In this document: positions 1 through 10,262 of the stretch, piece after piece | Position numbering within the stretch: the stretch's first letter is position 1 | How the letters are laid out: every line of letters begins with the position of its first letter | Source of the DNA: Acidimicrobiia bacterium | GTDB taxonomy: Bacteria; Actinomycetota; Acidimicrobiia; Spongiisociales; Spongiisociaceae | Direction of reading: 5' to 3' | Assembly: GCA_041576165.1 (NCBI GenBank) | Contig: JBFGLM010000017.1 | Span: 24,807-88,806, forward strand | Length of the DNA stretch: 64,000 nucleotides | The notes under the pieces: generated by a model | Told to the model about the DNA's origin: nothing | The model's database searches: none | What the model saw: the letters and a program-made list of their open reading frames with translations, nothing else | Made by a program: the position numbers and the translations under genes

Positions 1-2
1 GG

Positions 3-638
3 GCGGTCGCGACCGAACGGGCCCGGATCGCCCGTGAACTGCACGACGTGGTCGCGCACAGCATCACGGTCATGACCGTTCAGGCCACCGGAGCCAAACG
101 CATCATCGGAACCAAGCCCGATCAAGCCAAACATGCCCTGGAAGCCATTGAAGCCACGGGACGCCAGGCGCTCGGCGAGATGCGCCGAATGGTCGGAGTG
201 ATGCGAGGGGACGCGGGGGATATCGGCCTGGAGCCCCAACCCGGCCTGGCCGGGTTGGCGGAGTTGTTCGAGCAGATCGAGGCAAGCGGGGTCGAACTCG
301 AGTGGTCGGTTCGGGGCGAGGCGACGCCCGCGCCCCCGGGGGTCGAGCTCACCGCCTACCGCGTCGTGCAGGAAGCGCTCACCAACACGATCAAACATGC
401 CGGACCGAACGCCAAGGCAACAGTCGAGGTGCGCTACGAGAACGGCGATCTGGCGATTGAGATCATCGACAGCGGACGGGGGGTGACCCGCCCCGGCGAC
501 AACGGTGCCGAGCCCGGACACGGTCTGCTCGGGATGCGGGAGCGGGTGGTGCTCTACGGAGGGAGCTTCGACGCCGGACCACGTGCAGGAGGCGGCTATC
601 GAGTCGCGGCCACGATTCCGTTTGAGGTTGATCGATGA
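3..638 (+). CDS. Sensor histidine kinase, HisKA_3/NarX-type (5'-truncated by window edge)
   Basis: Frame open from position 3: ERARIARELHDVVAHS H-box, YRVVQEALTN N-box, DSGRG and GHGLLGMRER G-boxes. Confidence 0.95.
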   Translation, partial: AVATERARIARELHDVVAHSITVMTVQATGAKRIIGTKPDQAKHALEAIEATGRQALGEMRRMVGVMRGDAGDIGLEPQPGLAGLAELFEQIEASGVELEWSVRGEATPAPPGVELTAYRVVQEALTNTIKHAGPNAKATVEVRYENGDLAIEIIDSGRGVTRPGDNGAEPGHGLLGMRERVVLYGGSFDAGPRAGGGYRVAATIPFEVDR

Positions 639-1294
639 TCAAGACGGTGCTGGTCGACGACCAGGCAATGGTGCGGGCCGGGTTCAAGATGATCCTGGGC
701 GCAGAGTCAGACATCGAGGTGGTCTCCGAGGCCAACGACGGTCAAGAGGCTGTCGAGGTGGTCCGCCGCATGCGGCCCGATGTCGTCCTGATGGACATCC
801 GCATGCCCCGCAAAGACGGGATCGCAGCCACACGCGAGATCGTCGAGGCTCTCGGCGACCAAACCAAAGTGCTGGTGCTCACAACGTTCGACCTCGACGA
901 GTACGTATATGACGCACTGCGGGCAGGCGCCAGCGGATTCTTGCTGAAGGATGCACCCCCGGAGGAGCTGGTTTCGGCGATCCGGGTGGTGGCGGGAGGC
1001 GACGCGCTGCTGGCTCCATCAATCACCAAGCGCCTGATCGAGGAGTTCACTCAGCGCCCCGAGACGTCGGATGGCCGGCTGGACGAGCTCACCGATCGCG
1101 AGCTGGAAGTGCTGCGCGAGGTCGCGCGGGGGGCCACCAACGCCGAGATTGCCGAGAAGCTGTTCGTGAGCGAAACAACCGTCAAGACCCATGTGTCCCA
1201 CGTCCTCACCAAGCTCGGCGTGCGGGATCGAGTGCAGGCCGTAGTGGTGGCCTACGAATCCGGATTGGTGCAACCGGGCGACGCCGACATCTGA
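635..1294 (+). CDS. NarL/LuxR-family response regulator
   Basis: REC domain (VDDQ, DVVLMDIRMP) and LuxR HTH (LTDRELEVL...TVKTHV); ATGA overlap with the kinase. Confidence 0.96.
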   Translation: MIKTVLVDDQAMVRAGFKMILGAESDIEVVSEANDGQEAVEVVRRMRPDVVLMDIRMPRKDGIAATREIVEALGDQTKVLVLTTFDLDEYVYDALRAGASGFLLKDAPPEELVSAIRVVAGGDALLAPSITKRLIEEFTQRPETSDGRLDELTDRELEVLREVARGATNAEIAEKLFVSETTVKTHVSHVLTKLGVRDRVQAVVVAYESGLVQPGDADI

Positions 1295-1308
1295 CCACGG
1301 CGGCCTCG

Positions 1309-2151
1309 CTACAACGTCGCCAGCAATGCCTCCAGCGCGGCCGCCGCCGCCCCGGTTTTCGGCGCGCCGTGACCGAACAATATCGTGTTGGGTTTGAGGG
1401 CGGCCAGCTTTCGGGCGGAATCGATGGCCAGATCCATCTCCGGCGTGAACCGGGGGTTGGGACCACCCACCCCGTCCACGAGTGCCTCGACGCCGCTGTC
1501 CTCTCCGTTGAGGGCGTCCCCGGCGACGATGGTGGCTGTGGCCGGGTCGAAAACCGAGATGTGGCCGGGCGTATGGCCGGGGGTTGCCACGATCTGCAAT
1601 CCGAATACCTCGGCGCCATCCTCATATGTTTCGAGGGGACGGGGCGAGCTGATGACTGCGGCATCGGCTGCGCCCGATCCTAAGACAGCCTGGCCTGCCG
1701 CCGCCGCCACATCTCCAAGGGAACCGACGTGGTCGGGGTGGCGGTGCGTGAGGATCACGTTGCCGACATTGCCCCAGCCGAGGCCGACGTCAGCCAGGCC
1801 CTGCTCGATGGCACCGGCGCTCCCCCCGACTCCGGTATCAACGATCGTCGCCTCGGCGCCTCGCACGAGGACATAGGCCGACACAAAGCCGAGATCGACC
1901 CGCCGGATCTCGACCCCGCCTGGCGCGGTTTCCGCGGTTGTCGCGGTCGTCCCAACGGTGGTCGGGCTGGTCGTCGCGGTCTCGGCCACAGCAGTGGTGG
2001 CCGCACTCGATTCCAGTGGCGCAGGCTCGCTCGTCGCCGGGGTCTCATCGGTACAGGCCGCGAGTGACCAGCCGCCGACCGAGATCCCCAGCACCCCCTT
2101 GCCCATGTCCCTGATGAAGGTCCGCCGATCCACTCGGTGCTGTCCGCGCAT
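1309..2151 (-). CDS. MBL-fold metallo-hydrolase, probable Tat-exported lipoprotein
   Basis: RRTFI twin-arginine motif, LAAC lipobox, Thr/Ala linker, THRHPDH metal motif, TPGHTPGH, GDAL. Confidence 0.88.
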   Translation of the reverse strand: MRGQHRVDRRTFIRDMGKGVLGISVGGWSLAACTDETPATSEPAPLESSAATTAVAETATTSPTTVGTTATTAETAPGGVEIRRVDLGFVSAYVLVRGAEATIVDTGVGGSAGAIEQGLADVGLGWGNVGNVILTHRHPDHVGSLGDVAAAAGQAVLGSGAADAAVISSPRPLETYEDGAEVFGLQIVATPGHTPGHISVFDPATATIVAGDALNGEDSGVEALVDGVGGPNPRFTPEMDLAIDSARKLAALKPNTILFGHGAPKTGAAAAALEALLATL

Positions 2152-2228
2152 GACGCTCCTTCCGGTCCCAAGACTCTACGGGCCGAGATAGCCAGACGGG
2201 GTCCCGCATCATCGGGGCCGCGCTCCGC

Positions 2229-2284
2229 TTGCATTTAGTACTAAGTGATTCTATAGTCCCGGTCATGAGATTTAGTGCTAAAAA
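2229..2284 (+). promoter_or_regulatory. Sigma70-type promoter with two palindromic operator-like sites
   Basis: TTGCAT (2229-2234), 17-bp spacer, TATAGT (2252-2257); palindrome TTAGTACTAA at 2235-2244; GATTTAGTGCTAAAA at 2269-2283. Confidence 0.75.
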
Positions 2285-2304
2285 CTTTGCGCTAGGAGGA
2301 CAAG

Positions 2305-2868
2305 GTGCAAAACCTCGAAGACCGTGAATTGGCGAAGCTGATCGGCGAGCGGTCGGACGCAGCGCTGGCGGAGGCATATCGGCGCCACTCTGGCGCCGTC
2401 CACGGGCTGGCCTTGCGACTGCTCCGCGAACGATCCCTTGCCGAGGACGTGACGCAGGAGGTGTTCTTGCGCCTCTGGAACCGTCCCGGCTCCTACGACG
2501 CCGGGCGTGGCTCGATCCGGTCTTTCCTCCTGTCGCATACTCACGGCCGCAGTATCGATCTCATCCGCTCCGAAGGGGCGCGCCGTAGACGTGAAGACCG
2601 GGAAACACGGTTCGCGCCGATAGCCGGACCAAGCCTCGAAGAAGAGGTTGTCGAGCTCGCCCGGGCGGAAAAGACCCGTCAGGCGTTGCAGATGCTGAGC
2701 GAAAATGAACGCGGTGCAATTGAGCTGGCATACTTCGGCGGTTATACCTACCGCCAAGTCGCCGCGATCCTCGGCGCACCCGAGGGTACGGTGAAGAGCA
2801 GGATCCGTGCTGGCCTGCAACGGCTGCACGGCTATCTGGCCGGAGCCGATCTCGTTGCCACACAATGA
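2305..2868 (+). CDS. ECF sigma factor, SigK-like
   Basis: Region 2 (AEDVTQEVFLRLW) and region 4 (LAYFGGYTY...GTVKSRIR); AGGAGG RBS; followed by an RskA-like gene. Confidence 0.9.
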   Translation: MQNLEDRELAKLIGERSDAALAEAYRRHSGAVHGLALRLLRERSLAEDVTQEVFLRLWNRPGSYDAGRGSIRSFLLSHTHGRSIDLIRSEGARRRREDRETRFAPIAGPSLEEEVVELARAEKTRQALQMLSENERGAIELAYFGGYTYRQVAAILGAPEGTVKSRIRAGLQRLHGYLAGADLVATQ

Positions 2869-2884
2869 GAAAGATGATCAACCA

Positions 2885-3796
2885 ATGCCTGCGGACATCC
2901 AGGAGACGCTGGGCCTGTACGCCCTGGGAGCACTCGGGGATGATGAACGTGAGCAGGTTGAGCAACTGCTGGAGCACTCACCCGAGGCCCGCGCCCAGCT
3001 AGCCGATCACTACGCAGCAGTTGAAGAACTCGGAACCCTGGCGTTCGAGGCGGCGCCGGATCACGTCTGGCACGGGATTCGCCAAAAGATCCGCGAAGGC
3101 GATCCAGTGGCGCGGATAGCCCGATCGCCGGAGGCTCCGCGTGCGGCCGCCCCTCCGCCTCGTGCCGGCTGGGTCCTGACGGCCGCCGCAGCGGCTCTGG
3201 CAGTGGTCCTGGGAATCGGTGTCATGGTGCAGACCCAACGAGTGGCAGACCTCAACGAAAGGATCGCTACGCAACAGCGCGAGGCAGATTCGTTGGCGAC
3301 GGAAATCGGTACTCGCGACGTGCAGATCGGCGCGCTCAACGACACCGTCACCGTGCAGGCTCAGCAGGCCGACCAGCTCGGCGGCGCGCTGGCCGACCGG
3401 GACGCTCGGATCGACGAGCTGCAAGCTGCCCTGGCAATGGATCCCCTCGCGATGGTCGCGCAAAGAGCCGACGCCCAGCCCGACACAATGCGCATCGGCT
3501 TGGCCGCACCGGAGGCCGAGGCACCGCAGATGACCGTCGTGATCAACCACAACGGTCGCGGCTACGTCACTCACTCACAGCTAGATCCGCTGGACCCGGA
3601 GCGCACATATCAACTGTGGGCGGTCATGCGAGACGGCCGGGTAATCTCGGCGGCAGTTCTTGGGCCAGAGCCGGGAGCCGCGACCTTCGCGGTAGATCTG
3701 GAGAATCTCGAAGCGTTGGCAATCACCGAAGAGATCAGGGGCGGAGTAGTAGCGTCGCAGAACGACGCGGTGTTGGTTGGCGAGGTCGACGTCTGA
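2885..3796 (+). CDS. Anti-sigma factor, RskA-like
   Basis: N-terminal LGLYALGAL..DERE..E motif, one TM helix, coiled coil, C-terminal YQLWA...ALAITEE..GGV RskA motif; start set at ATG 2885. Confidence 0.85.
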   Translation: MPADIQETLGLYALGALGDDEREQVEQLLEHSPEARAQLADHYAAVEELGTLAFEAAPDHVWHGIRQKIREGDPVARIARSPEAPRAAAPPPRAGWVLTAAAAALAVVLGIGVMVQTQRVADLNERIATQQREADSLATEIGTRDVQIGALNDTVTVQAQQADQLGGALADRDARIDELQAALAMDPLAMVAQRADAQPDTMRIGLAAPEAEAPQMTVVINHNGRGYVTHSQLDPLDPERTYQLWAVMRDGRVISAAVLGPEPGAATFAVDLENLEALAITEEIRGGVVASQNDAVLVGEVDV

Positions 3797-3806
3797 TCGG
3801 CGGATA

Positions 3807-4823
3807 ATGGCGAACTCCCGATCCGAGACCATTACCCGCAGGATCCGCACGATCCCCACCGTGTTTGGAGTGAGTGTGCTCTACCTGCTTCTGCTGCCGG
3901 TGCTGCTCCCAGCCGCAGTGCTGGTCGACCTGACTCGCTGGTTCGGCCACCGCCGGCCCTGGATGACGACGCGCCTGCTCGGGTTCGGCGGGATCTACCT
4001 GGCGGCCGAGGTCCTGGGCGTGCTGAGCATGGGGGCGATCTGGGCCGGGACCGCAGGCGGGCTCATGCGACGGCCGTTCATAGACGGCACGTTTCGGGTG
4101 CAGCGCTGGTGGACCGGAATGCTGATGCGGGGTGTGCAGGCGATCTTCGGGATTCGATTCGAAGTCGAAGGAAGCGACGTGGTCACCCCGGGGCCCATCC
4201 TCGTGCTGGCCCGGCACGCATCGATCGTCGACAACCTGATACCGGGAACGTTCGTGGCGGCCAAGCACGACATTCGCCTGCGTTACATCCTCAAGCAAGA
4301 ACTGTTGAGCGACCCGTGCCTCGACATCGGCGGCAACCGGCTGCCCAACTACTTCGTCGATCGGGATGCCGAGAATCCCCGCCTCGAACTCGAACAGATT
4401 CGGGCGCTTGCCCGGGATCTGACGAGACGCGATGGGGTGTTGATCTTCCCCGAGGGCACCCGGTTCACTCCCAAACGCCGATCGCAAGCGCTGGACAAGC
4501 TCCGAACGTCCAATTCGAATCTGGTGGAAAAAGCAGAGCGGCTGCGTCACGTCATGCCTCCCAAGCTGGGTGGGGTCTCCACGCTGCTGTCGGCCGAACC
4601 GGCCGCCGACATCGTGTTCCTGGCCCACCGGGGACTGGAGGGATTTGCCCGATTGGGAGACCTGTGGCGGGGGGCGATGGTCGGACGGGTGGTGCACGTG
4701 AAGTTCTGGAGGGTTCCGTCATCGGACGTGCCCACCGGGCGGTCGGCCCGCGCCGAGTGGCTGTTCGACCATTGGGCACACGTCGATGACTGGGTGGGGG
4801 CCGCCGACGGAGTGGCTTCATGA
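3807..4823 (+). CDS. Lysophospholipid/glycerol acyltransferase (PlsC family)
   Basis: HASIVD (HX4D) and IFPEGTR motifs; N-terminal TM helices. Confidence 0.88.
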   Translation: MANSRSETITRRIRTIPTVFGVSVLYLLLLPVLLPAAVLVDLTRWFGHRRPWMTTRLLGFGGIYLAAEVLGVLSMGAIWAGTAGGLMRRPFIDGTFRVQRWWTGMLMRGVQAIFGIRFEVEGSDVVTPGPILVLARHASIVDNLIPGTFVAAKHDIRLRYILKQELLSDPCLDIGGNRLPNYFVDRDAENPRLELEQIRALARDLTRRDGVLIFPEGTRFTPKRRSQALDKLRTSNSNLVEKAERLRHVMPPKLGGVSTLLSAEPAADIVFLAHRGLEGFARLGDLWRGAMVGRVVHVKFWRVPSSDVPTGRSARAEWLFDHWAHVDDWVGAADGVAS

Positions 4824-6178
4824 GTCACGGCATCGTTTGGTTTCGGCGCGATCTGCGGGTGCACGACAACCCGGCCTGGTCGGCGGCCACCCGTGACCAC
4901 CAGGAGATGACGGCTCTCTTCGTCGTCGATCCTGCCCTCTGGCCCCGGGTGACCCCTGTCCGTCGGGCAATGCTGGCCGGGCACCTGGCGGCACTTGATC
5001 AGCAGATGCAGGAGCGGGGCGGCCGCTTACGGGTAGAACAAGGCGAACCGGCCGAGGTTGTGGCCAGGGTTGCCGACGAGGTCGGCGCCGCCGCGATCCA
5101 CGCCAACCGCGACGTCACACCCTACGCCCAGCGCCGAGACCGAGCGGTGGCCGACGCGGTTGACGGACTCATGCGGGGCCACGATGGCGTCTACATCGTT
5201 CGCCCCGGCACGGTCCTGTCGAAGGCGGAGGAGCCATACAAAGTATTCACACCGTTCCACAAACGGTGGCTGGACATGCTGCCCGACCCGGTCCCGGCCG
5301 AGGGAGAGGCAAGCCTTGCGGGCGAGTCCGGCGGCGGCGTGCCCGCGGTCGAGACCGAACCGCCGCTCGAACCGGGAGAGACCGCCTCCCTCGCCCGCCT
5401 GCAGGACTATTCGGAGCTGGTCGATTCCTACCCCGACGTTCGGAACCGACCCGACCTGGACGAGACCTCGCGTCTCTCGATCGACCTGAAATGGGGAACG
5501 CTCGGACCCCGTCGAATCATCGAGGAGGTCGGCTTCGAGACCAAGGGTCGGCGAGCCTTCATACGCCAGCTGGCGTGGCGCGATTTCCACGCCCAAACGA
5601 TGGTGATGGCGCCCGATCTGGTGAACGAGCCCTTCCGGCCCGAGTACGCAGACATGAAGTGGCGGGACGACCCAGCCGGATTCGAGGCATGGTCGCAGGG
5701 CCAGACGGGCTATCCGCTGGTAGACGCAGGCATGCGGCAACTGCAGGAGGAAGGCTGGATGCACAACCGGGTGCGGATGGTCACTGCCTCGTTCCTGATC
5801 AAGGATCTGTTGATCGACTGGCGGGCCGGGGAACGCTGGTTCCGCCGATATCTGCTCGACGCCGACGTCGCCCAGAACGCCGGGAACTGGCAGTGGGTGG
5901 CCGGCACCGGCACGGACGCTGCGCCGTACTTCCGGGTGTTCAACCCCGTCAGCCAATCCGAGAAGTTCGATCCCGACGGCGACTACATCCGACGCTACGT
6001 GCCCGAGCTGGGCGAGCTGCCGACGCCAGCGATCCACGCGCCGTGGGAAGCGGACGCCGATGAGCTGTCGTCTGCCGGCGTGGCTGTTGGTGACACTTAC
6101 CCGGCGCCGATCGTGGACCACGCGATGGCCCGGGAGCGGGCTTTGGACGCCTATCGGGCGGCCCGGGGTGACGACTAG
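4820..6178 (+). CDS. phrB: Deoxyribodipyrimidine photolyase (class I CPD photolyase/cryptochrome family)
   Basis: [48 protein letters not shown]. Confidence 0.95.
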   Translation: MSHGIVWFRRDLRVHDNPAWSAATRDHQEMTALFVVDPALWPRVTPVRRAMLAGHLAALDQQMQERGGRLRVEQGEPAEVVARVADEVGAAAIHANRDVTPYAQRRDRAVADAVDGLMRGHDGVYIVRPGTVLSKAEEPYKVFTPFHKRWLDMLPDPVPAEGEASLAGESGGGVPAVETEPPLEPGETASLARLQDYSELVDSYPDVRNRPDLDETSRLSIDLKWGTLGPRRIIEEVGFETKGRRAFIRQLAWRDFHAQTMVMAPDLVNEPFRPEYADMKWRDDPAGFEAWSQGQTGYPLVDAGMRQLQEEGWMHNRVRMVTASFLIKDLLIDWRAGERWFRRYLLDADVAQNAGNWQWVAGTGTDAAPYFRVFNPVSQSEKFDPDGDYIRRYVPELGELPTPAIHAPWEADADELSSAGVAVGDTYPAPIVDHAMARERALDAYRAARGDD

Positions 6179-6185
6179 GCCCTCT

Positions 6186-7004
6186 TTAGCCTGCGGTCAG
6201 ACGCTCCAGCTCCGCCAGCGCCTCGAGGCCGTTGGCCGCCCAACCGTCCGCCCCCGCTTGCCGGGCCGCTTGGCCGTCGGGGATGGCGGTGCCGCCAAGC
6301 AAGACCGGCGTGTTCGGGGCATGAGTGCGTACTGATTCGATCATGTCGGCCAGGGTCTGATCATCGTCCAGCACCATGACCGAGACGCACACCGCAACCA
6401 GGCGATCGGCCTGTCTCATTGCGAGCTCCAGCGACTCGATCGGCACGTCACTGCCGAGAGTGATCACCTCGTAGCCGCCACCCCGCAGGATGTCGGCCAG
6501 CATCTCGAGACCAAGCACGTGCCGCTCACCGGGAGGAGTGGTGGCCACCACAGTGCCCCGGCTCCGGCCCCGTCGAGCGAAACGGGCGCCCAAGCGACCG
6601 ATGAGCCGGTGCGCGATGGCAGTGGCAATGTGTTCCTCCCCCACGGAGATTCCACCAGCCACCCATTTGTCGCCGATACGGCGCAACGCCGGCCCGATCA
6701 GGTCGGTATACACCGCGGCCGGGCTCACTCCGGATGCCAGTGCGCTTTCGACGACTTTCCACGCCCCCGCCTGGTCGGCAGCCAGCAGTCGGGCCTCCAG
6801 CCGCTGGCTCCACGGGGCATCACGGCGCGGAGTCGCCGCCTCCTGGGACGCCGTGAACTTTTCGAGATCGGCCCGCCCGACTTGCCATACTGCTCCGGAT
6901 TTGATGGCGGGGAGCAACCCCAGCCGGACGTAGCGGTAGGCGGTCATATAGTGCACACCGAGTTCGTCGGCTGCTTGGCGCAGGGTCAACCATGTTTGGC
7001 TCAT
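6186..7004 (-). CDS. Cobalamin-binding transcriptional regulator (CarH/LitR-like) with excisionase-type HTH
   Basis: N-terminal LTLRQAADELGVHYMTAYRYV HTH; W-x9-EH motif (WVAGGISVGEEH); E-x-H-x2-G motif (ERHVLG); LLGG Rossmann end. Confidence 0.88.
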   Translation of the reverse strand: MSQTWLTLRQAADELGVHYMTAYRYVRLGLLPAIKSGAVWQVGRADLEKFTASQEAATPRRDAPWSQRLEARLLAADQAGAWKVVESALASGVSPAAVYTDLIGPALRRIGDKWVAGGISVGEEHIATAIAHRLIGRLGARFARRGRSRGTVVATTPPGERHVLGLEMLADILRGGGYEVITLGSDVPIESLELAMRQADRLVAVCVSVMVLDDDQTLADMIESVRTHAPNTPVLLGGTAIPDGQAARQAGADGWAANGLEALAELERLTAG

Positions 7005-7014
7005 ATTGCCAGCT

Positions 7015-7030
7015 ATTTTATCACTAAATC
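7015..7030 (-). promoter_or_regulatory. Operator-like site overlapping the -10 of the B12 regulator gene
   Basis: Minus strand reads GATTTAGTGATAAAAT: 14/15 match to 2269-2283, and contains an extended -10 (TGa-TAAAAT) 10 nt before the ATG. Confidence 0.7.
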
Positions 7031-7068
7031 AACCAAGAACATACCCTGAATGAGAGGAGCCGCCGGAG

Positions 7069-7677
7069 ATGCCCGAAGCCATGACGCCCGCCCAATCAAT
7101 CGCCGCCTCCCAGCTCGGTCGGATGCGAGGCATGACGGCTCTCTATCACCGGCGCTTCTTCGTGGACATTCAGTTCTCGCTGGTGGTGATCCTTGCTCTT
7201 GGCGTCGCCGGGTTTGCCATCGACCAGCGCCTCTTCCTGGCTGTCCCGTTCGTAGCCTTGTTTGGCGCCGCCCAGACCGCGTTCGATGCGTCCTACCTGA
7301 TCTTCGCTCGCCAGTACGCCGCGCGCCTGGAGCGCTGGCTCAACCACGGTCTCGGCGAACGGGTGCTGGTGGCAGCCGATCTCGAGTCCACCTACCTCTT
7401 CCCCCTCGACGTCACCAAGATCGTCACGCTCCGCTTTGGCCAAGATTTCACGTGGTTCGGGTTCATGACCGCCTTCTACACCCTCCTCGGAATTCTGTCG
7501 TTCATCGTTGGATTTGGTCTCGGCATCGCCGAACTCACTGCCACCGGCCAGCTGCTGTATACGACCATCCTCGGATTATTGACGGTGGGGACGCTCGGCA
7601 CCGGATTGTGGTGGTTCACCGGTGGAGAAGGCGAGCGGCGCCTACGGTCAGTGCTCGACGACACGTTCGGAGACTGA
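7069..7677 (+). CDS. Hypothetical membrane protein (about 4 TM)
   Basis: Two pairs of hydrophobic helices; purine-rich RBS-like sequence; divergent from the B12 regulator. Confidence 0.75.
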   Translation: MPEAMTPAQSIAASQLGRMRGMTALYHRRFFVDIQFSLVVILALGVAGFAIDQRLFLAVPFVALFGAAQTAFDASYLIFARQYAARLERWLNHGLGERVLVAADLESTYLFPLDVTKIVTLRFGQDFTWFGFMTAFYTLLGILSFIVGFGLGIAELTATGQLLYTTILGLLTVGTLGTGLWWFTGGEGERRLRSVLDDTFGD

Positions 7678-7685
7678 CAGGCTCT

Positions 7686-8159
7686 TCAGCGCCAGTGAAT
7701 CAGCGGCAGGTAGAACCAAGTCAGACCGGCCAGGACGCCGAGCAAACCGGTGGCGACTGCGGCGACCACGCTCCCGAACACGAGCGTGGATACGAGATAG
7801 GCCGCTGCCCCCAGGGCAACGACGGTGAAGATCGTCCCGGCGTTGGCGATCCGGACCGCAGCCATGACATGGCTGTGGTGGTGGCGGGTGATGCCCGACC
7901 GGCTGCTGCGCAGCCGCTGATGGACGCTGGGCGCTATGAGCAGCACCGTGGCGAACGCCGAGCTCACGAACGCCACGTAGTAGATGATGCGCTCCGATTG
8001 CGAGATTTCCGAGAAGGCGCGCTGGAGCGGCAGGGTGAGCAAGAACGCAAACAGCACCTGCACTCCGGGCAGGGTGGTGCGCAGACCCTCCATGAGGGAT
8101 CGAAACTGGTCTTCCACCCGGCCCGCATCGTCGATGGCCGCCGCTTCGTCGGTCCGCAT
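7686..8159 (-). CDS. Membrane protein, DUF6328-like
   Basis: EGLRTTLPGVQVLFAFLLTLP motif, APSVHQR, four TM helices. Confidence 0.75.
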   Translation of the reverse strand: MRTDEAAAIDDAGRVEDQFRSLMEGLRTTLPGVQVLFAFLLTLPLQRAFSEISQSERIIYYVAFVSSAFATVLLIAPSVHQRLRSSRSGITRHHHSHVMAAVRIANAGTIFTVVALGAAAYLVSTLVFGSVVAAVATGLLGVLAGLTWFYLPLIHWR

Positions 8160-8241
8160 CCGTTCCCATTACCCGTCTCCGGCCGCGAGCAAACGCACCG
8201 GTGGGGGTGAGTAGGTCGTCGAGAGGGCGCCGCTCCTGGGC

Positions 8242-9186
8242 TCAGCCTTTGCTGCGCAGCTTGGGATCGAGGGCGTCGCGCAACCCGTCACCGATGAAGT
8301 TCACGCTCATCACAGTGAGGGTGATCATGATGCCGGGCCACATGACCCGCATCGGGCTGATGTTGATGTAGTCCTTGGCGTCGAACAGCAGTCGGCCCCA
8401 CGTGGGGAAGTCCGCGGGGAATCCGAGCCCGAGGAACGACAGCGCCGACTCAGTCAGGATCGCCACGGCCACGCCGATGGCGCCGGCGACGATGACCGGG
8501 CTCATCACATTGGGGAGTATGTGACGCAAGACAACCCGGCGCTTGCGGGTTCCGATCGAATGCGCGGCGAGGACGAACTCGTCCTCCTTGATTGACAAAA
8601 CGTCACCCCGTACCACCCGGGCGGTCTGCATCCAGCTGGTTACGCCGATGATGAACACGACCAAGAGGAAGATGCCCATGTTCGGGCCGAGCGACTCTTT
8701 GAGCGGCTCGCGGAACAACATGATTACAACGAGCAGCAAGGGGAGGATCGGAAGCGCAAGAAACAGGTCGGTGAGACGCATCAGGGGGCCGTCCAGCCTC
8801 TTGAAGAAGCCGGCGATCACGCCGATGGCGGTGCCGATCAACAGCCCGAACAGCATGGCGGCGAACCCCACCGCCAGCGAGATCCGCCCGCCGATCAGCA
8901 CCCGGGCCATGACATCGCGGCCAAGGTTGTCGGTTCCCATCAGATGCTGGGCTGAGGGACCCTGGTTGGCGTTGGGGACGTCCAGCGCAAACGGATCGAG
9001 TGGGTAGATGAACGGACCGAGGAAACTGCCAACGAGGATGATCACCAGCAGCACCAGGCCGACCACGGCACCCTTGTGCCGGCGGAACTGGCGCCAGACG
9101 TCGGAACGGAGTGACCTGTACTTCTCCTGCGCCTGTTCGGGCAGAAGCTCTTCGAGATCTTCGACTCGTTCCTGAGTACTGGCCAT
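8242..9186 (-). CDS. oppC: Peptide ABC transporter permease (OppC/DppC)
   Basis: HLMGTDNLGRD, EAA-like loop, HILPN, ESALSFLGLG, GDGLRDALDP. Confidence 0.93.
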   Translation of the reverse strand: MASTQERVEDLEELLPEQAQEKYRSLRSDVWRQFRRHKGAVVGLVLLVIILVGSFLGPFIYPLDPFALDVPNANQGPSAQHLMGTDNLGRDVMARVLIGGRISLAVGFAAMLFGLLIGTAIGVIAGFFKRLDGPLMRLTDLFLALPILPLLLVVIMLFREPLKESLGPNMGIFLLVVFIIGVTSWMQTARVVRGDVLSIKEDEFVLAAHSIGTRKRRVVLRHILPNVMSPVIVAGAIGVAVAILTESALSFLGLGFPADFPTWGRLLFDAKDYINISPMRVMWPGIMITLTVMSVNFIGDGLRDALDPKLRSKG

Positions 9187-9207
9187 GTTCTTCGCTCTCC
9201 GTCCGGC

Positions 9208-10221
9208 TCAATCGTATCTAATGCGTGGATCAAGGAGGCCGTAAGTGACGTCGGCGACCAGGTTGAATATCACAATCAGCACCGCAAACATGAATGTCAG
9301 TGTTTGCACCATCGGTACATCTCCCTGACCGATAGACACGATCAGAAGCTGCCCGAGCCCGTTGATGCGGAAGATCTGTTCGGTGATGATGGCACCGCCG
9401 AAAATGCCCGGGACCGAGAGCGCAATAAGCGTCACCACCGGGATCAGGCTGTTGCGCACCACGTGGGTGATGACCACCTTGTTCTCGGCCAGGCCCTTCG
9501 AGCGTGCCGTGCGAACGTAGTCTTCATTCAGGTTGTCGAGCACCGACGCCCGGGTGAAGCGGCTCAATACAGCCGCGTTGAAGAACGTCAGCACGGTCAC
9601 CGGCATGATCATCTGTTTGACCTGCAGCACGAAGGTATCCCAACTGTTGACCACCAGTGTGGTGTCGTAGAAGGAAGGGAACCAACCCAGCCACACGCTG
9701 AAGACCACGATGGCCAGCAGGCCCGTGAAAAACGTTGGCGCCGAGTACCCGATCATGGTGACGAACGTGCCGACGTTGTCGAAGGCCGAGTACTGGCGGT
9801 ACGCAGAATAGATCCCGATCGGGACCGCGATCAGCGTTCCGAAGACAAAGGCCAGGCCCAGCACCCACAGGGTCTGGGGGAGGCGCTGATAGATGATGTC
9901 CACGGCCGGTGCCCGCGAGGCCCAGGAGATGATGCGGGCCCGGTTCTCGCAGTCGCCAATGCAGGTGCCGAAGGCCGAGTCGATGATGTTGAGCGGCTCG
10001 TTGACGAACATGAGCCGCATCCATTTGAGCCACTTGAGGAGGAACGGATCGTTGAAGCCGAGCGACTCCCTGATCCGCTCCTTCACCTCGTCGGGCAGGG
10101 TTAGAGGCAGCTGCGCCGCCGGATCGCCTGGGGCTAGGTCGAGGATGGCAAAGATGATGAGGCTGATGAATATCAGCGTCGGGACCGCAAACAGGGTTCG
10201 CCGCAAGATGTAGGTGCCCAC
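9208..10221 (-). CDS. oppB: Peptide ABC transporter permease (OppB/DppB)
   Basis: LAPGDPA, DYVRTARSKGL, C-terminal DPRIRY. Confidence 0.93.
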   Translation of the reverse strand: MGTYILRRTLFAVPTLIFISLIIFAILDLAPGDPAAQLPLTLPDEVKERIRESLGFNDPFLLKWLKWMRLMFVNEPLNIIDSAFGTCIGDCENRARIISWASRAPAVDIIYQRLPQTLWVLGLAFVFGTLIAVPIGIYSAYRQYSAFDNVGTFVTMIGYSAPTFFTGLLAIVVFSVWLGWFPSFYDTTLVVNSWDTFVLQVKQMIMPVTVLTFFNAAVLSRFTRASVLDNLNEDYVRTARSKGLAENKVVITHVVRNSLIPVVTLIALSVPGIFGGAIITEQIFRINGLGQLLIVSIGQGDVPMVQTLTFMFAVLIVIFNLVADVTYGLLDPRIRYD

Positions 10222-10262
10222 TAGTCCACCGGCTCCGGGTTACGGGTGACGACAGGATAACT

